Source: Candidatus Aminicenantes bacterium (GTDB taxonomy: Bacteria; Acidobacteriota; Aminicenantia; Aminicenantales; JAFGBC01). Taken from it: a stretch of 64,000 bases of DNA. The notes under the pieces are model-generated. The model did not search any database. It was not told where the DNA came from and was given only the letters and a program-made list of their open reading frames with translations. Within the stretch, counting starts at the first letter, position 1. The number at the start of each line of letters is the position of its first letter. Below are positions 1-10,109 of the stretch, piece after piece. The stretch lies in contig OY969696.1 in the NCBI GenBank assembly GCA_963702005.1, positions 1,792,001 to 1,856,000 on the forward strand. Reading direction: 5' to 3'. The translations under genes were made by a program, and so were the position numbers.

Positions 1-44
1 TTCGGGAGATTGATTAATTTACGATTTTGCTATTAGCGATGCGA

Positions 45-93
45 GGTGGTTCTCAGCCATCAGACCGGGGTTCGAATCCCCGTAGCGCTGCCA
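45..93 (+). pseudogene. 3' fragment of tRNA-Glu(CTC), att-like scar
   Basis: Anticodon arm GGTGG-TTCTCAG-CCATC, T-arm CGGGGTTCGAATCCCCG, acceptor 3' strand TAGCGCT-G-CCA. No matching 5' acceptor strand or D-arm upstream. Confidence 0.8.
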
Positions 94-569
94 GCCTTAA
101 AACTGCGCTTTCCCCTGATTTTCAATGGTATTTTTGTTTTCCTTGTTTAAGCACCCTTAGCCTAGATTAAGCGAGATTAGGCAGTTATTGTTACACCGGC
201 GTGACACGGGGAGAGGTCTGTAAGCCATCAGACTAGCAGGGAATGAGCACCCAGACTCCCCCAACGGAGAGTTAGAAGTTGAATAATCCCCTTAAATATC
301 CATGATACTGAAACAAAGCATATCACGTCTAAAATAGTGAGGCGAAAATACGCGAAGAGCGTCAAGTTACCCAATGGGGCCATAGGCGCTGCCTGGCTTT
401 ATTGCTATAGATAGGAAGAAAAAAGCTTCTTAGTTGGCTGTTTGATCGCCGTACCCATTAAGGCTCCATTCTCGCATGTTTTTCTAATTTACGTGGACCG
501 ACTTATGGAAGGCAGATCACATCCCAGGCGCGGAACAGCCTGTAGTAACTCATTGAATCTAGACGATGC

Positions 570-609
570 GCGCCCGTAGCTCAGTGGATAGAGCAATGGA
601 CTTCGAATC
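570..609 (+). pseudogene. 5' half of tRNA-Arg(TCG)
   Basis: GCGCCCGTAGCTCAGTGGATAGAGCAATGGACTTCGAATC gives acceptor 5' strand, D-arm and anticodon loop. No T-arm or CCA follows. Confidence 0.8.
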
Positions 610-951
610 TGATCCGGCCGGTTTCCCTAGCCTCCTCAAAACAAAGTAATCGTCAGTCTTATCTACGATTTATGAATTATTTCTAGGTATATGGAGGTAT
701 ACCAAATTATCTGGAAATATACTGGGGATAGTCATAATTTGGTCACAGTCTTGACTGAGAGCCTTGTCGGCCGGAAATACCCGTACTCCCGCTCGAACCG
801 GCTCTCGTTTTCGGCTCCGAAGCGGTCGAAATGATAGAACAGCATCGGTTTGCGGCAAAAAAATTGAAAATGTGAAACCCAAGTTTCTTGCTTTCCCGTT
901 CATAATGGGATTATTCGGCGGCCAGCCGGGGCTTATCAACGCGGCCCGGAG

Positions 952-1587
952 CTATTTCACTTTGATGATGAAATTTACGGCCGCGTTCTTGGGCCGGGAT
1001 TCCTCACCTGCATTGACGCGCGATTTGGTGTTAAATTTGATGACTCCCAGAATGTTCGCTTTCCCTAAGCCGGTGTTGTCCGCGTTCGCGACGGGACTGC
1101 TGCTGGCCCAGTAAGGATCCTCGACGCTAATGGCCGGTCTTATTGTAGAGCTATGGAGATGGATAGAATGCGAATGAGGTTGCTGGTCATGCGTATGATT
1201 CTGCAACGCGTCTTCTTGCGCCGAGCCCACGCCCGTTGCGTTGCCGCCGGGATTGGATGGCTTGCGCTTGTTGGCGTCGGGATCCCGCCCCGTCCCGGCA
1301 TCGTCACCCCGGAGGAACCTTCCCCTCAGATCGGGCAGGTTGAATTTGTCTCCGGCGCTTCCCCACGAGGTCCCGATGGCCGCAAAGAGTTCTTTATAGA
1401 CCGCTTTGCTCAGCGCGCTGCCGTTGCACAACATCCAGTTCGTCGGAACGGTGCTTGATCCGCCTCCCCAGGCGATGATGGTCCCCACCGGAAGCGAATC
1501 GTCGGTCGCCCTTGTCGGAGCCATGATGCCCACGGTCCCCACAACCGACAATGTTGACAAAACGCCAGCCAATACTAAGTTCTTCAT
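952..1587 (-). CDS. Phage tail-collar domain protein with N-terminal signal-like segment
   Basis: PVGTIIAWGG..PTNWMLCNGS..YKELFAAIG..FNLPDLRGRFLRG and C-terminal ESRPKNAAVNFIIK; AGGAGG RBS. Confidence 0.85.
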   Translation of the reverse strand: MKNLVLAGVLSTLSVVGTVGIMAPTRATDDSLPVGTIIAWGGGSSTVPTNWMLCNGSALSKAVYKELFAAIGTSWGSAGDKFNLPDLRGRFLRGDDAGTGRDPDANKRKPSNPGGNATGVGSAQEDALQNHTHDQQPHSHSIHLHSSTIRPAISVEDPYWASSSPVANADNTGLGKANILGVIKFNTKSRVNAGEESRPKNAAVNFIIKVK

Positions 1588-1763
1588 AACTATCCCTCCT
1601 TATAAATATTGGATAAGCCGGATGAGGATTCCCTTTTCGACGGCATCCGCCCCCAAACCGTAATTCAGGTCGATTTCCCATCTTGCTACTTGGAACAAAG
1701 ATAAATCCCTGTCCTGGATATGTCAAGGACGGTGGGATGATGGGTCGCGAGGGCTCGGCGGCC

Positions 1764-1797
1764 GCACTCATGGAAGCCATGAGTACCGCAAGGCCGC
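1764..1797 (-). repeat. Stand-alone REP-like hairpin unit, also nested in the element at 56961-56994
   Basis: GCACTCATGGAAGCCATGAGTACCGCAAGGCCGC; reverse complement matches 56961-56994 at 30/34. Confidence 0.75.
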
Positions 1798-1863
1798 CGG
1801 GGGAGGCCGAAGAGCCGGGAATCCCATCATTTTCAATAAATTTAAGAATGGGGCGGATGAACA

Positions 1864-1917
1864 AGCATCGGACTGTGGATCCGAAGGTTGGGGGTTCGAG
1901 ACCCCTCACTCACCCCA
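1864..1917 (+). pseudogene. 3' fragment of tRNA-His(GTG), att-like scar
   Basis: TCGGA-CTGTGGA-TCCGA anticodon arm, GGGGGTTCGAGACCCCT T-arm, CACTCACCCCA end. 5' part absent; TGTGACAT direct repeats follow at about 2003-2021. Confidence 0.8.
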
Positions 1918-2470
1918 CCTTATTTGCCAGTAAATTCAATCACTTGCCCTGTTTCTTCCTTTCCGCTCCAATACCGTAGTTTACCCGCTCTTCAACCGAA
2001 TCTGTGACATATTTGTGACATGGGGCGGAGTCTAGATTTCGATAGATCTGTGGACTTCGAATCCGATTTAACCTGAAAGCCGTCTTGGCCTGTTTTTCCC
2101 TGAAAATAGCCTTAACTCATTGAATATCAGAGCGTTGACCCGTCTTAAATATTCTTAGGCAATTCCGTTTGAACACGTCACTAATCCCGTCAATATTTTC
2201 TGCACAAGTGTTGGTCACTTGCTGCTCCGTTTCATTTTTACAAACGGTAATATTTTTGAATCTGCATTGAATCACTACTTGAACGGGACGCGATGAATTC
2301 TCACCCGAGATTTCGGGCTGACCGGCTGTGTTCCTCATAAAAATCATGGCGGATTATTCCGATTATATGAATGAAATTGGGATGGTCGGCGCGAATAAAA
2401 CCGGGTCGGCCGGTCACAATTTAGCCACAGCGCCGCGGCCGGCATCGGGCTCGATGAGGACGGGATCGGA

Positions 2471-2713
2471 ATGAACGAGTTTATCATCCCGCCCGAGAAG
2501 CGCGGCCTATGCGAGGAGGATCCTGATGTCCGCTGCGGAGTCGCCCGACCCTTCTGGGTCAGGATGGTTCTGCGGGCCTATAAGACCGTCGGCCCGCGCC
2601 TCCGGATTGTTTGCCGTATGCCAAAAGAGCTGGCGATGAGCTACCAGCCGATCACGGCACTCCGGGAGTGGAAGACGCTCGGGGTCTTCGACGATATCAC
2701 GAAGCAGGTCTGA
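2471..2713 (+). CDS. Small hypothetical protein
   Basis: 80-aa ATG ORF, no recognisable motif. Confidence 0.35.
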   Translation: MNEFIIPPEKRGLCEEDPDVRCGVARPFWVRMVLRAYKTVGPRLRIVCRMPKELAMSYQPITALREWKTLGVFDDITKQV

Positions 2714-2727
2714 GCGCGTTCAGGCGA

Positions 2728-2757
2728 TTGACATCGCCTCGATGATGACGATACAAT
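2728..2757 (+). promoter_or_regulatory. sigma70-like promoter
   Basis: TTGACA-18 nt-TACAAT upstream of the 2928 CDS. Confidence 0.55.
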
Positions 2758-2927
2758 AAAAACTTAAGGAGTAGGGGAGATTCAGCGCCGCGAGCGGGCA
2801 TTCATTGCTTCACGAAAAAAACAACTTTTTCTATCTCAAGCCGACCAGCTGGGCGCAATTTAATGTGGCTCAGCCGGGGTCCCGGGGAATTGAATCACCC
2901 CAATTTTCTTCAAATAAGGAGGGGACG

Positions 2928-5722
2928 ATGAAGCCGTTGAGAATGATCCTCATGGGGAGCCTGATTGTCCTGCTCCTTTTCTCGGGGATTGCCTATGGAG
3001 CGGCTTGGGTGACCAAGAGGCTTACGACAACCTCGGGCGATTCGGGGAGCCCGAAGATCGCCGTCGACGGCTCGGCGGTCTATGTCGTCTGGACGGACGA
3101 TACGCCGGGAAATGGCGAAATCTACTTCCGGAAATCGTCCGATGGGGGAGTCGGCTGGCAAGCGGCGCAAAGACTCACCACCAATGTCGGTGACTCCGAG
3201 TCTCCGGCGATAGCCGTCGACGGCTTGAACGTCTATGTCGTCTGGGAGGATTCGACGCCGGGGATCGCCCAGATCTATTTCATGAAGTCCCAGGATGGAG
3301 GAAATCACTGGAAGGCCGCACGCGCCCTGACGGAAAATAAGACGGCGAAAGCGGGAAAGCCGGCCATCGCCGTCGTCGGCGCGAATATCTATGTGGCCTG
3401 GCAGAATGACGAGAGCGCCAAGGGAGGAAATTGCGGGGTCGCCTTGACGAAATCCGCCGACCGAGGAGCCGGTTGGCAGGCCGCTAAAACGCTCTCCGGG
3501 AATACGGGGTCTGCCGACGCCAAAAACCCGGCCGTCGCCGCCGCCGACTCGGGCGTCTATGTCGCCTGGGAAGAGAACACGGCCGGAAACAACGAGATCT
3601 ACTTCAGGAAATCGACGAGCGGAGGCGCCGCCTGGGAAGCTCCCAAGAGACTCACCACGAATTCGGGTTCCTCCAATTCTCCGGCCGTCGCCGCCATGGG
3701 CTCAACGGTCTATATCGCCTGGAGCGACGCCACGCCGGGGAATCCTGAGATCTATTTCCGGGAATCCGCCGATCAAGGAGCCACCTGGCAGCCCGGTTTG
3801 AGGCTCACCAATAATTCAGGCCGCTCCGAGGCTCCGGCCCTGGCCGTCAATGACTCAAGCCTCGATGTCGTCTGGAACGACGACACGCCGGGAAACATGG
3901 AGATCTACCATCGGCAGTCGACGAACGGGGGAGGCGCCTGGCGGGAAATCGAAAGGCTCACGAATAATTCCAGCACTTCCCGCGGCCAATTCCTGGGGGT
4001 CGGGGGCTCACAAATCTTCGTCGTCTGGCAGGATCTGACCCCGGGCAACAATGAAATTTACATCATGCATAAGAAGCCGGATATGAGTCCGATCTCCATA
4101 ATTTTACCGAACGCCTCCTCGGTCTGGGTCATGGGCACGACGGAGAAGATCAAATGGAAGATCCCCGAGGGCCTCGCCGGTCAAATCCATGTGGCGTCCT
4201 CGACGGATGTCCCGGCTATCGATAACGTGAAAATAGATTTGTATAAGGGGTCCACTCTGATCAAACCGATCGTCGCGGAAACAAACGCCGGCGCGGGGGC
4301 ATATTCATGGATGGTCCCGGCCGGCCTGGCGGACGGAACGGATTACATGGTTCGAATCTCGAACTCGACGGACGGCAAGGTCTATGAGGACAGCCCGCTG
4401 TTCGAAATCAGCGGCACGCCGCTCCCGGACCTGATCGTGTACAGCCTGACGCACAGCCCGGCAAACCCGACGATTTTGAATACGATCACGATAACCGCCG
4501 TTGTCAAGAATGTCGGCACGGCTCAGGCCGGCGCCTCGACCCTGCGTCTGAGTGTCGCCTCAGTTGATACGACCCCCACTATTCCCCTGCTTGCGGCGGG
4601 CGCCACAGCAACCGCAACTCGGACCGTGGGGCCTTTGGCGGTCGGAACCTATACGGTGACGGCGGGGGCGGACGACAGCCAGGTGGTTACGGAGTCGCGC
4701 GAAACGAATAATACCGCCGAGGATAGCTTCGTAGTGACCGGGCCGGACCTGATCGTGTATAGCCTGACGCACAGCCCGGCGAACCCAACGACTTTGGATC
4801 AGATCACGGTGACCGCTATCGTTAAGAATATCGGCACGGTTCAGGCTGGCAATTCAACTCTGCTTCTGAGCATCGGTGGCAGTGGTGGCTCGCCTAACTA
4901 TACTCCCGCGCTTGCGGCGGGCGCCAGCGCGACGGTAACCCGGACCGTGGGGCCTTTTTTACCGGTCGGGACCTATCCCGTAACGGCATGGGCTGATGGT
5001 ACCCATGTGATCGCGGAGTCGGACGAAACGAACAACTCCTTGGAGGACAGCTTCTTAGTGATCGTGCCGCCGGACTTAATTATTCAAAGCCTGACGCACA
5101 GCCCGGCGAACGCGACGATGGCGGATAAGAACACGGTCACCGCCGTGGTCAGGAATGCGGGAGGGTCAACCGCCGGCGCCTCGACTTTGCTATTAAGCGT
5201 GGGCGACCTGAAATCGAAAATGGACGTCTCTAAGCTCGCGGCTGGCACAACGTCGACCGTAAATTGGAACGTAGGGCAGTTGTGGACCGGCACGTACACG
5301 ATCTCAGCGACAGCGGACGTCGCTAACGTGGTTGCGGAGTCGGTCGAAAACAACAATACAAAAATTATCTCCGCCTGGATCGCGCCTGCTCCGGACTTGG
5401 CGCCGTCGCTGAGCTACTATATAATCAATGCCAATGGAACAAATTGGTTCATAATAAGTCGGGTGGTAAACAACTACGGGCCCGGGGACGCCCCCTCGTC
5501 ACGGCTCGAATGGTGGAACGAAGACCCTAAGGGAGGATCATATGGGGGAGGGGGGGAGACTATGAGATCGGTCCCGTGGCGGCAGGCAAGCTCTATTACT
5601 TTTATCAATATTTGCTTTTTGATCAAATGGCGCCCGGAACTTGGGTTTTCACCTTGCATTCGCACGGAGTGTCCGAATGGAAATATACTAACAATACGGC
5701 CACATTGACATATATCAAATGA
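2928..5722 (+). CDS. Secreted BNR/Asp-box repeat + CARDB multidomain protein, frameshifted in a G7 tract near the 3' end
   Basis: Signal peptide after AAGGAGG RBS; repeated IYFRKSxDxGxxW; three PDL...E.NN CARDB repeats. The fourth continues in another frame after G5550-5556, ending at TGA 5720-5722. Confidence 0.85.
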
Positions 5723-5786
5723 GGATCGTCCTTCTACGGATAAAGAACAGATCTGCGCTTCGATAAAAAGTAGGAGTGGGGTCAAG

Positions 5787-5843
5787 CCTACACTTTGGCA
5801 CTAAGTGCAAATTGTCATTTTGTACGTTTTGCCAAGGTGTAGG
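5787..5843. repeat. Inverted repeat between convergent genes (REP doublet or terminator-like)
   Basis: CCTACACTTTGGCA ... TGCCAAGGTGTAGG, 13/14 complementary, 29-nt spacer. Confidence 0.55.
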
Positions 5844-5873
5844 GGCGAGCCGAACCTCAAAGCGCTTATCGAC

Positions 5874-7994
5874 TTAACGAGCGTCCTTAGGTTTCGCCGA
5901 TTTTGAGGGCGGTGAAACTTTCGCGACAATAGCATCAAAACCGCCGCGATTCGTTTTTTGAAAAGCATCTTTGGTCGGGAAATTGACGCTCTTAGTGCCC
6001 CCCGTCAGATAGGCTGCGCCGCCGCCGTCCAGAGCCACTTTCGTGCCGTAATCATCGGCCGTCCCGCCCAGATAAGTCGAATAGACAAGACCTTTTCCGG
6101 TCGGGGATAGGTTCGTTATGAATAGGTCATATTTTCCCCGATTCGTTTTCTGATAGGCGTCCTTGAGGGGGAAATTCTTGCTGCTGGTGCCGCCCGTCAC
6201 CCAGGCTGCTCCCGTGCCGTCGACGGCGATGCCGCCGCCAAAATCCTCGCCGGTCCCACCTAGAAAAGTGGAATATTCAAGAGTTTGACCGGTCGAGGAG
6301 AGCTTGGTGACAAAAGTATCGACATTGCCACGATTCGTTTTCTGAAAGGGAGTCTTGGTCGGGAAATCGGTGCTCCCGGTAGCGCCCGTCACGTAGGCCG
6401 CGCCGCTGTTATCGACGGCGATACTATAGGCAAAATCCATATCCTCCCCTCCCAGATAGGTTGAAAAGACAAGGCCTGTGCCGCTCGCGGAGAGCTTTGT
6501 GACAAATGCGTCAGCCCCCCCTTGCCCCGAGACGTTCTGATAAGCATTCTTGACGGGGAAATTCTTGCTGCTGGTGCTGCCTGTCACATAGGCCATCTTC
6601 TTAAGATCTACGGCGATTCCGAAGCCGACATCATTGTCGGCCCCGCCCAAAAAGGTGGAATAAACGAGCGCTTGGCCGGTCGGGGCGAGCTTCGTTACAA
6701 AGGCATCGAGTTTTCCGTGATTTTTTTTCTGGCAAGCTACCTGGGTGGGAAAATCGGTGCTCCAGGTTTCACCTGTGACATAGGCCGCTCCATCGCTGTC
6801 GACAGCTATGGAATTGGAGGTATCCGAATTGGCCCCGCCCAAATAGGTGGAATAGTCGATGGCCTGTCCGGACGGGGCGAGCTTCGTCACGAATCCATCG
6901 CCTCCGCCGCGATTCGAATTCTGAAAGGCATTCTTAACCGGAAAATTGGGGCTTAAGGTCGATCCCGTAACGTAGGCCGCCCCGTCGCCGTCTACGGCTA
7001 TGCCCTCGCCGTCCTCATTGTAGCGCCCGCCTAGGTAGGTGGAATAGACAAGGCTTTTGCCGCTCGGGGACAGCTTGGTGATGAAGATGTCATGCGTGCC
7101 GCCGTTCGTTTTCTGGCAGGCTGTCTTCATGGGAAAGTTCGTGCTGTCGGTTTCGCCCGTAACGTAAACCGCTCCAAGGCTATCCGCGGCGATCGCCCCG
7201 ACAATTTCGTAATAAGAACCGCCGAAGTAATCGTTCCCCGACCCGCCCAGGTAAGTGGAATAGACCAGGACGACGGGGTCGATGATTAAATCATAAGCGG
7301 GATTGAAATCCTTAACGCCGAATCCATATTCATCTTGTCCTATCCGTTTAAAAGCGGCTTCGACCTCAACACGTTTGCCCCCCATCGTCTGATAGCCTGT
7401 CGGCTTGCGATGCCTGAGCTCGCCAAATGTGCCCTCAACGATCAAATCTCCTTCTTTATCTATCCTCGTCGCTTTCAGGCCGCTGTATTTAAGGCGGAGG
7501 CTGTCAAGCTTTCCGCCGGGCTTAATGATCCAGTCATATTCAATCTGTCTTTCCAGGCCATAGACCTCGAGGTCGATATTCCTGTAGATATTTTTATACA
7601 AGACCGCGTTCGATGCCGGGATGCCTGTCCGCCATTGAGAGGGGTCGTTGCCGATAAAATAGCTCACCCGGCATTCCGTCGGCTGATAGGGCACAAGTTC
7701 GACATCTTTATTGGCGTTCAGGAAGACCAGGCTTGATATATCCCGCTCGAATTCCGCTTCTCTCTTTATGGCATCAAAAACCAGTCCCTCTTTCGTCATC
7801 CATAGCGTATACCCTGAAGCCTTGGCATAAAACAGCGCTTCGCTGTCTGCTTGTCCCTGGTTGGGTATAAAATAGAGCGGGATGTTCCCATAATCGGGTT
7901 CGGGTATCTTCCCGCTTTGCCTTATTTCACCCGCCATGGAAACAAGGAAAAGGCCAAACGTCAGCAACCCCAAGCCTACCATAAATCTTTTCAT
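5874..7994 (-). CDS. SBBP (beta-propeller) repeat secreted protein
   Basis: Signal peptide, FIPNQGQ N-domain, repeated YSTYLGG..D.G.GIAVD..G.AYVTG.T.S.NFP. Confidence 0.9.
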   Translation of the reverse strand: MKRFMVGLGLLTFGLFLVSMAGEIRQSGKIPEPDYGNIPLYFIPNQGQADSEALFYAKASGYTLWMTKEGLVFDAIKREAEFERDISSLVFLNANKDVELVPYQPTECRVSYFIGNDPSQWRTGIPASNAVLYKNIYRNIDLEVYGLERQIEYDWIIKPGGKLDSLRLKYSGLKATRIDKEGDLIVEGTFGELRHRKPTGYQTMGGKRVEVEAAFKRIGQDEYGFGVKDFNPAYDLIIDPVVLVYSTYLGGSGNDYFGGSYYEIVGAIAADSLGAVYVTGETDSTNFPMKTACQKTNGGTHDIFITKLSPSGKSLVYSTYLGGRYNEDGEGIAVDGDGAAYVTGSTLSPNFPVKNAFQNSNRGGGDGFVTKLAPSGQAIDYSTYLGGANSDTSNSIAVDSDGAAYVTGETWSTDFPTQVACQKKNHGKLDAFVTKLAPTGQALVYSTFLGGADNDVGFGIAVDLKKMAYVTGSTSSKNFPVKNAYQNVSGQGGADAFVTKLSASGTGLVFSTYLGGEDMDFAYSIAVDNSGAAYVTGATGSTDFPTKTPFQKTNRGNVDTFVTKLSSTGQTLEYSTFLGGTGEDFGGGIAVDGTGAAWVTGGTSSKNFPLKDAYQKTNRGKYDLFITNLSPTGKGLVYSTYLGGTADDYGTKVALDGGGAAYLTGGTKSVNFPTKDAFQKTNRGGFDAIVAKVSPPSKSAKPKDAR

Positions 7995-8320
7995 CGATCT
8001 TTCCTCTCCTCAGAAAGTTTAGCGTTTTTGTTGTTGGAAAACCTCGATTTATTTATAAATATTCGCTCCGCTCAATAATGTCAAGGAATTATTGGCTGTC
8101 GATCGATCAAGGGCCTTTCCTGATCCGGCGGAACCCACTAGACTGGCCGGGATGACAAACGGCGTCCTAAAATCCCCACGCCTAATCTGCCGCTCCACGG
8201 GGGCGCCCTTCTGCGTCATCAATCTGTTACCGATAGCACGCGGGAAAAAGTGTGCCTACTCAATCGTTTGATTTTCTGCCTCAACCTCTGCTATAAGTTA
8301 AAGCGCTGGCCGGGGATGAG

Positions 8321-10102
8321 ATGAAACCAGCCAAGAGGGTTTCAACCGCTTCGAGCAAAGATGCTCCCGGTTCTTTTTTAGGAAAACTAAGAAAGCGGAA
8401 GATCATTGAAACCTTGGCCGCTTTTATCGGCGGCGGTTGGCTGACATACGAAATCGTCCATTGGATTCTGGTGGTTCACTTTCATCTTCCGGAAAAGCTT
8501 CTGGACATTACTCTCATCACGCTGTTGGGCGCTCTCCTTTGCACTCTGGTCTGGCGCTGGTTTGGGGGGAGAGACAAGCCGGCCAAATTCAAGCCGGAAG
8601 TGATCCTTGTTCCTCTGGCCATCTTGGTTACGGTCATTCTGGATTTGAATCTTGTCCTCCACCTTAAAAGCCCCGAATCAGAGACATTTCCCGCCAGCAA
8701 ATGGACCAAGTCGATCGCCGTCCTTCCTTTCATCGACATGAGCGAACAGAAAGATCAAGACTACTTCTGCGACGGCATGACAGAGGAACTCATCAACCGA
8801 CTGAGCCATATCGAGGAACTTAAAGTCCCGGCCAGAACCTCGGCCTTTATGTTCAAAGGAAAAGCCGAGGATATCCGCGATATCGGCCGCAAGCTCGATG
8901 TCCGGACGGCGCTTGAGGGAAGTATCAGAAAAGCGGGGAACCGGCTTCGAGTCACGGCTCAACTCGTTAATATTGCCGACGGCTATCATCTCTGGTCGGA
9001 GACTTACGACCGTGAACTGAAAGATGTGTTCGCTGTTCAGGATGAGATTTCTTTAGCGATCGTAAACGCCTTGAAGCTGAAACTTGACACTGATGAAGGC
9101 CGCAGAATGTCTGAACGGCCCATTGACAATGTTGCGGCCTATGAATGCTACCTGAAAGCAAACGCTGAAATGGGGCGGCAATCCGAGGACGGCTTAGATC
9201 GCGCCGTACAATATCTTCAGAAAGGCCTTGAGATCGCCGGTGACAATGCCCTTCTCTATTCAGAACTGGCACGGGCCTATCGTTACTATGTCGACTTAGG
9301 TTTCAGACAAGAGGAGTACATTAAAAGTGCCGAAGGATACGCTAATAAGGCATTAGCGCTGGATCCTGATTTCCCTGAAGCTCATGTTGTTATCGGGACT
9401 ATTCAAAGCTGGTTTCATGGAAATCAGCAAGAGGCAGTTCGTCAATTCAAGAGGGCATTGGCCTTGAACCCGAATGAACCGGGGGCGCTGCGGCAGCTTG
9501 CGCTTATTTATATATTGGTCGGACAAATCCCTGCCGCCCTTCCGTTGTTAGATAGATATAATAAAGTCGATCCGCTGCCGCTGAGCAGCCACTATTCGAT
9601 CCGAATCCATTTATACTTCTGGGATGGTCGCTATGGACTTGCCCTTGAGCCGTCCCGCCAGTGGTACCAATCGGAACCCCTAAGTCCAAGGGCTCAGGCT
9701 GCCTATGCATGGACGCTGGCCCTCAATAATAAGCTTGATGAGGCCTTTCAGATCATCGATCAAAATGCGAAGCTGGCTCCAAACAGTGTACTGACCAAGC
9801 TTGGTCTTTTGTTGAAGTATGGGTTGCTCAAAGAAAACGAGAAAGCATTCCAGGTAATGACTCCGGATTTCGTGAGGACGTGCAAAAGGGATCCATCTTG
9901 GTCACATATTGTTGTGCTCGCCCTAGCCCTGCTCGACGCTAAGAAGGAAGCCATAGACTGGCTTGAGAACTCTGTCAATCAAGGGTTTTTAAATTACCCG
10001 GCGCTGGAGCGGAATCCGTGTTTTGAAAACTTACGCGGCGAGGTGCGGTTCAAGAATCTAATGGAACGGGTCAAGAAAGAATGGGAGCATTTTAAGGTGT
10101 GA
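8321..10102 (+). CDS. Membrane-anchored TolB-like N-domain/TPR protein
   Basis: Three TM helices, SIAVLPF.DMS...DYFCDGMTEELIN.LS, GSIRKAGNRLRVTAQL, TPR C-terminus. Confidence 0.9.
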   Translation: MKPAKRVSTASSKDAPGSFLGKLRKRKIIETLAAFIGGGWLTYEIVHWILVVHFHLPEKLLDITLITLLGALLCTLVWRWFGGRDKPAKFKPEVILVPLAILVTVILDLNLVLHLKSPESETFPASKWTKSIAVLPFIDMSEQKDQDYFCDGMTEELINRLSHIEELKVPARTSAFMFKGKAEDIRDIGRKLDVRTALEGSIRKAGNRLRVTAQLVNIADGYHLWSETYDRELKDVFAVQDEISLAIVNALKLKLDTDEGRRMSERPIDNVAAYECYLKANAEMGRQSEDGLDRAVQYLQKGLEIAGDNALLYSELARAYRYYVDLGFRQEEYIKSAEGYANKALALDPDFPEAHVVIGTIQSWFHGNQQEAVRQFKRALALNPNEPGALRQLALIYILVGQIPAALPLLDRYNKVDPLPLSSHYSIRIHLYFWDGRYGLALEPSRQWYQSEPLSPRAQAAYAWTLALNNKLDEAFQIIDQNAKLAPNSVLTKLGLLLKYGLLKENEKAFQVMTPDFVRTCKRDPSWSHIVVLALALLDAKKEAIDWLENSVNQGFLNYPALERNPCFENLRGEVRFKNLMERVKKEWEHFKV

Positions 10103-10109
10103 GGGCGGC

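Noticed and set aside
570-700. Intron-containing tRNA-Arg
   Set aside because: No 3' exon and no intron core found in the window.
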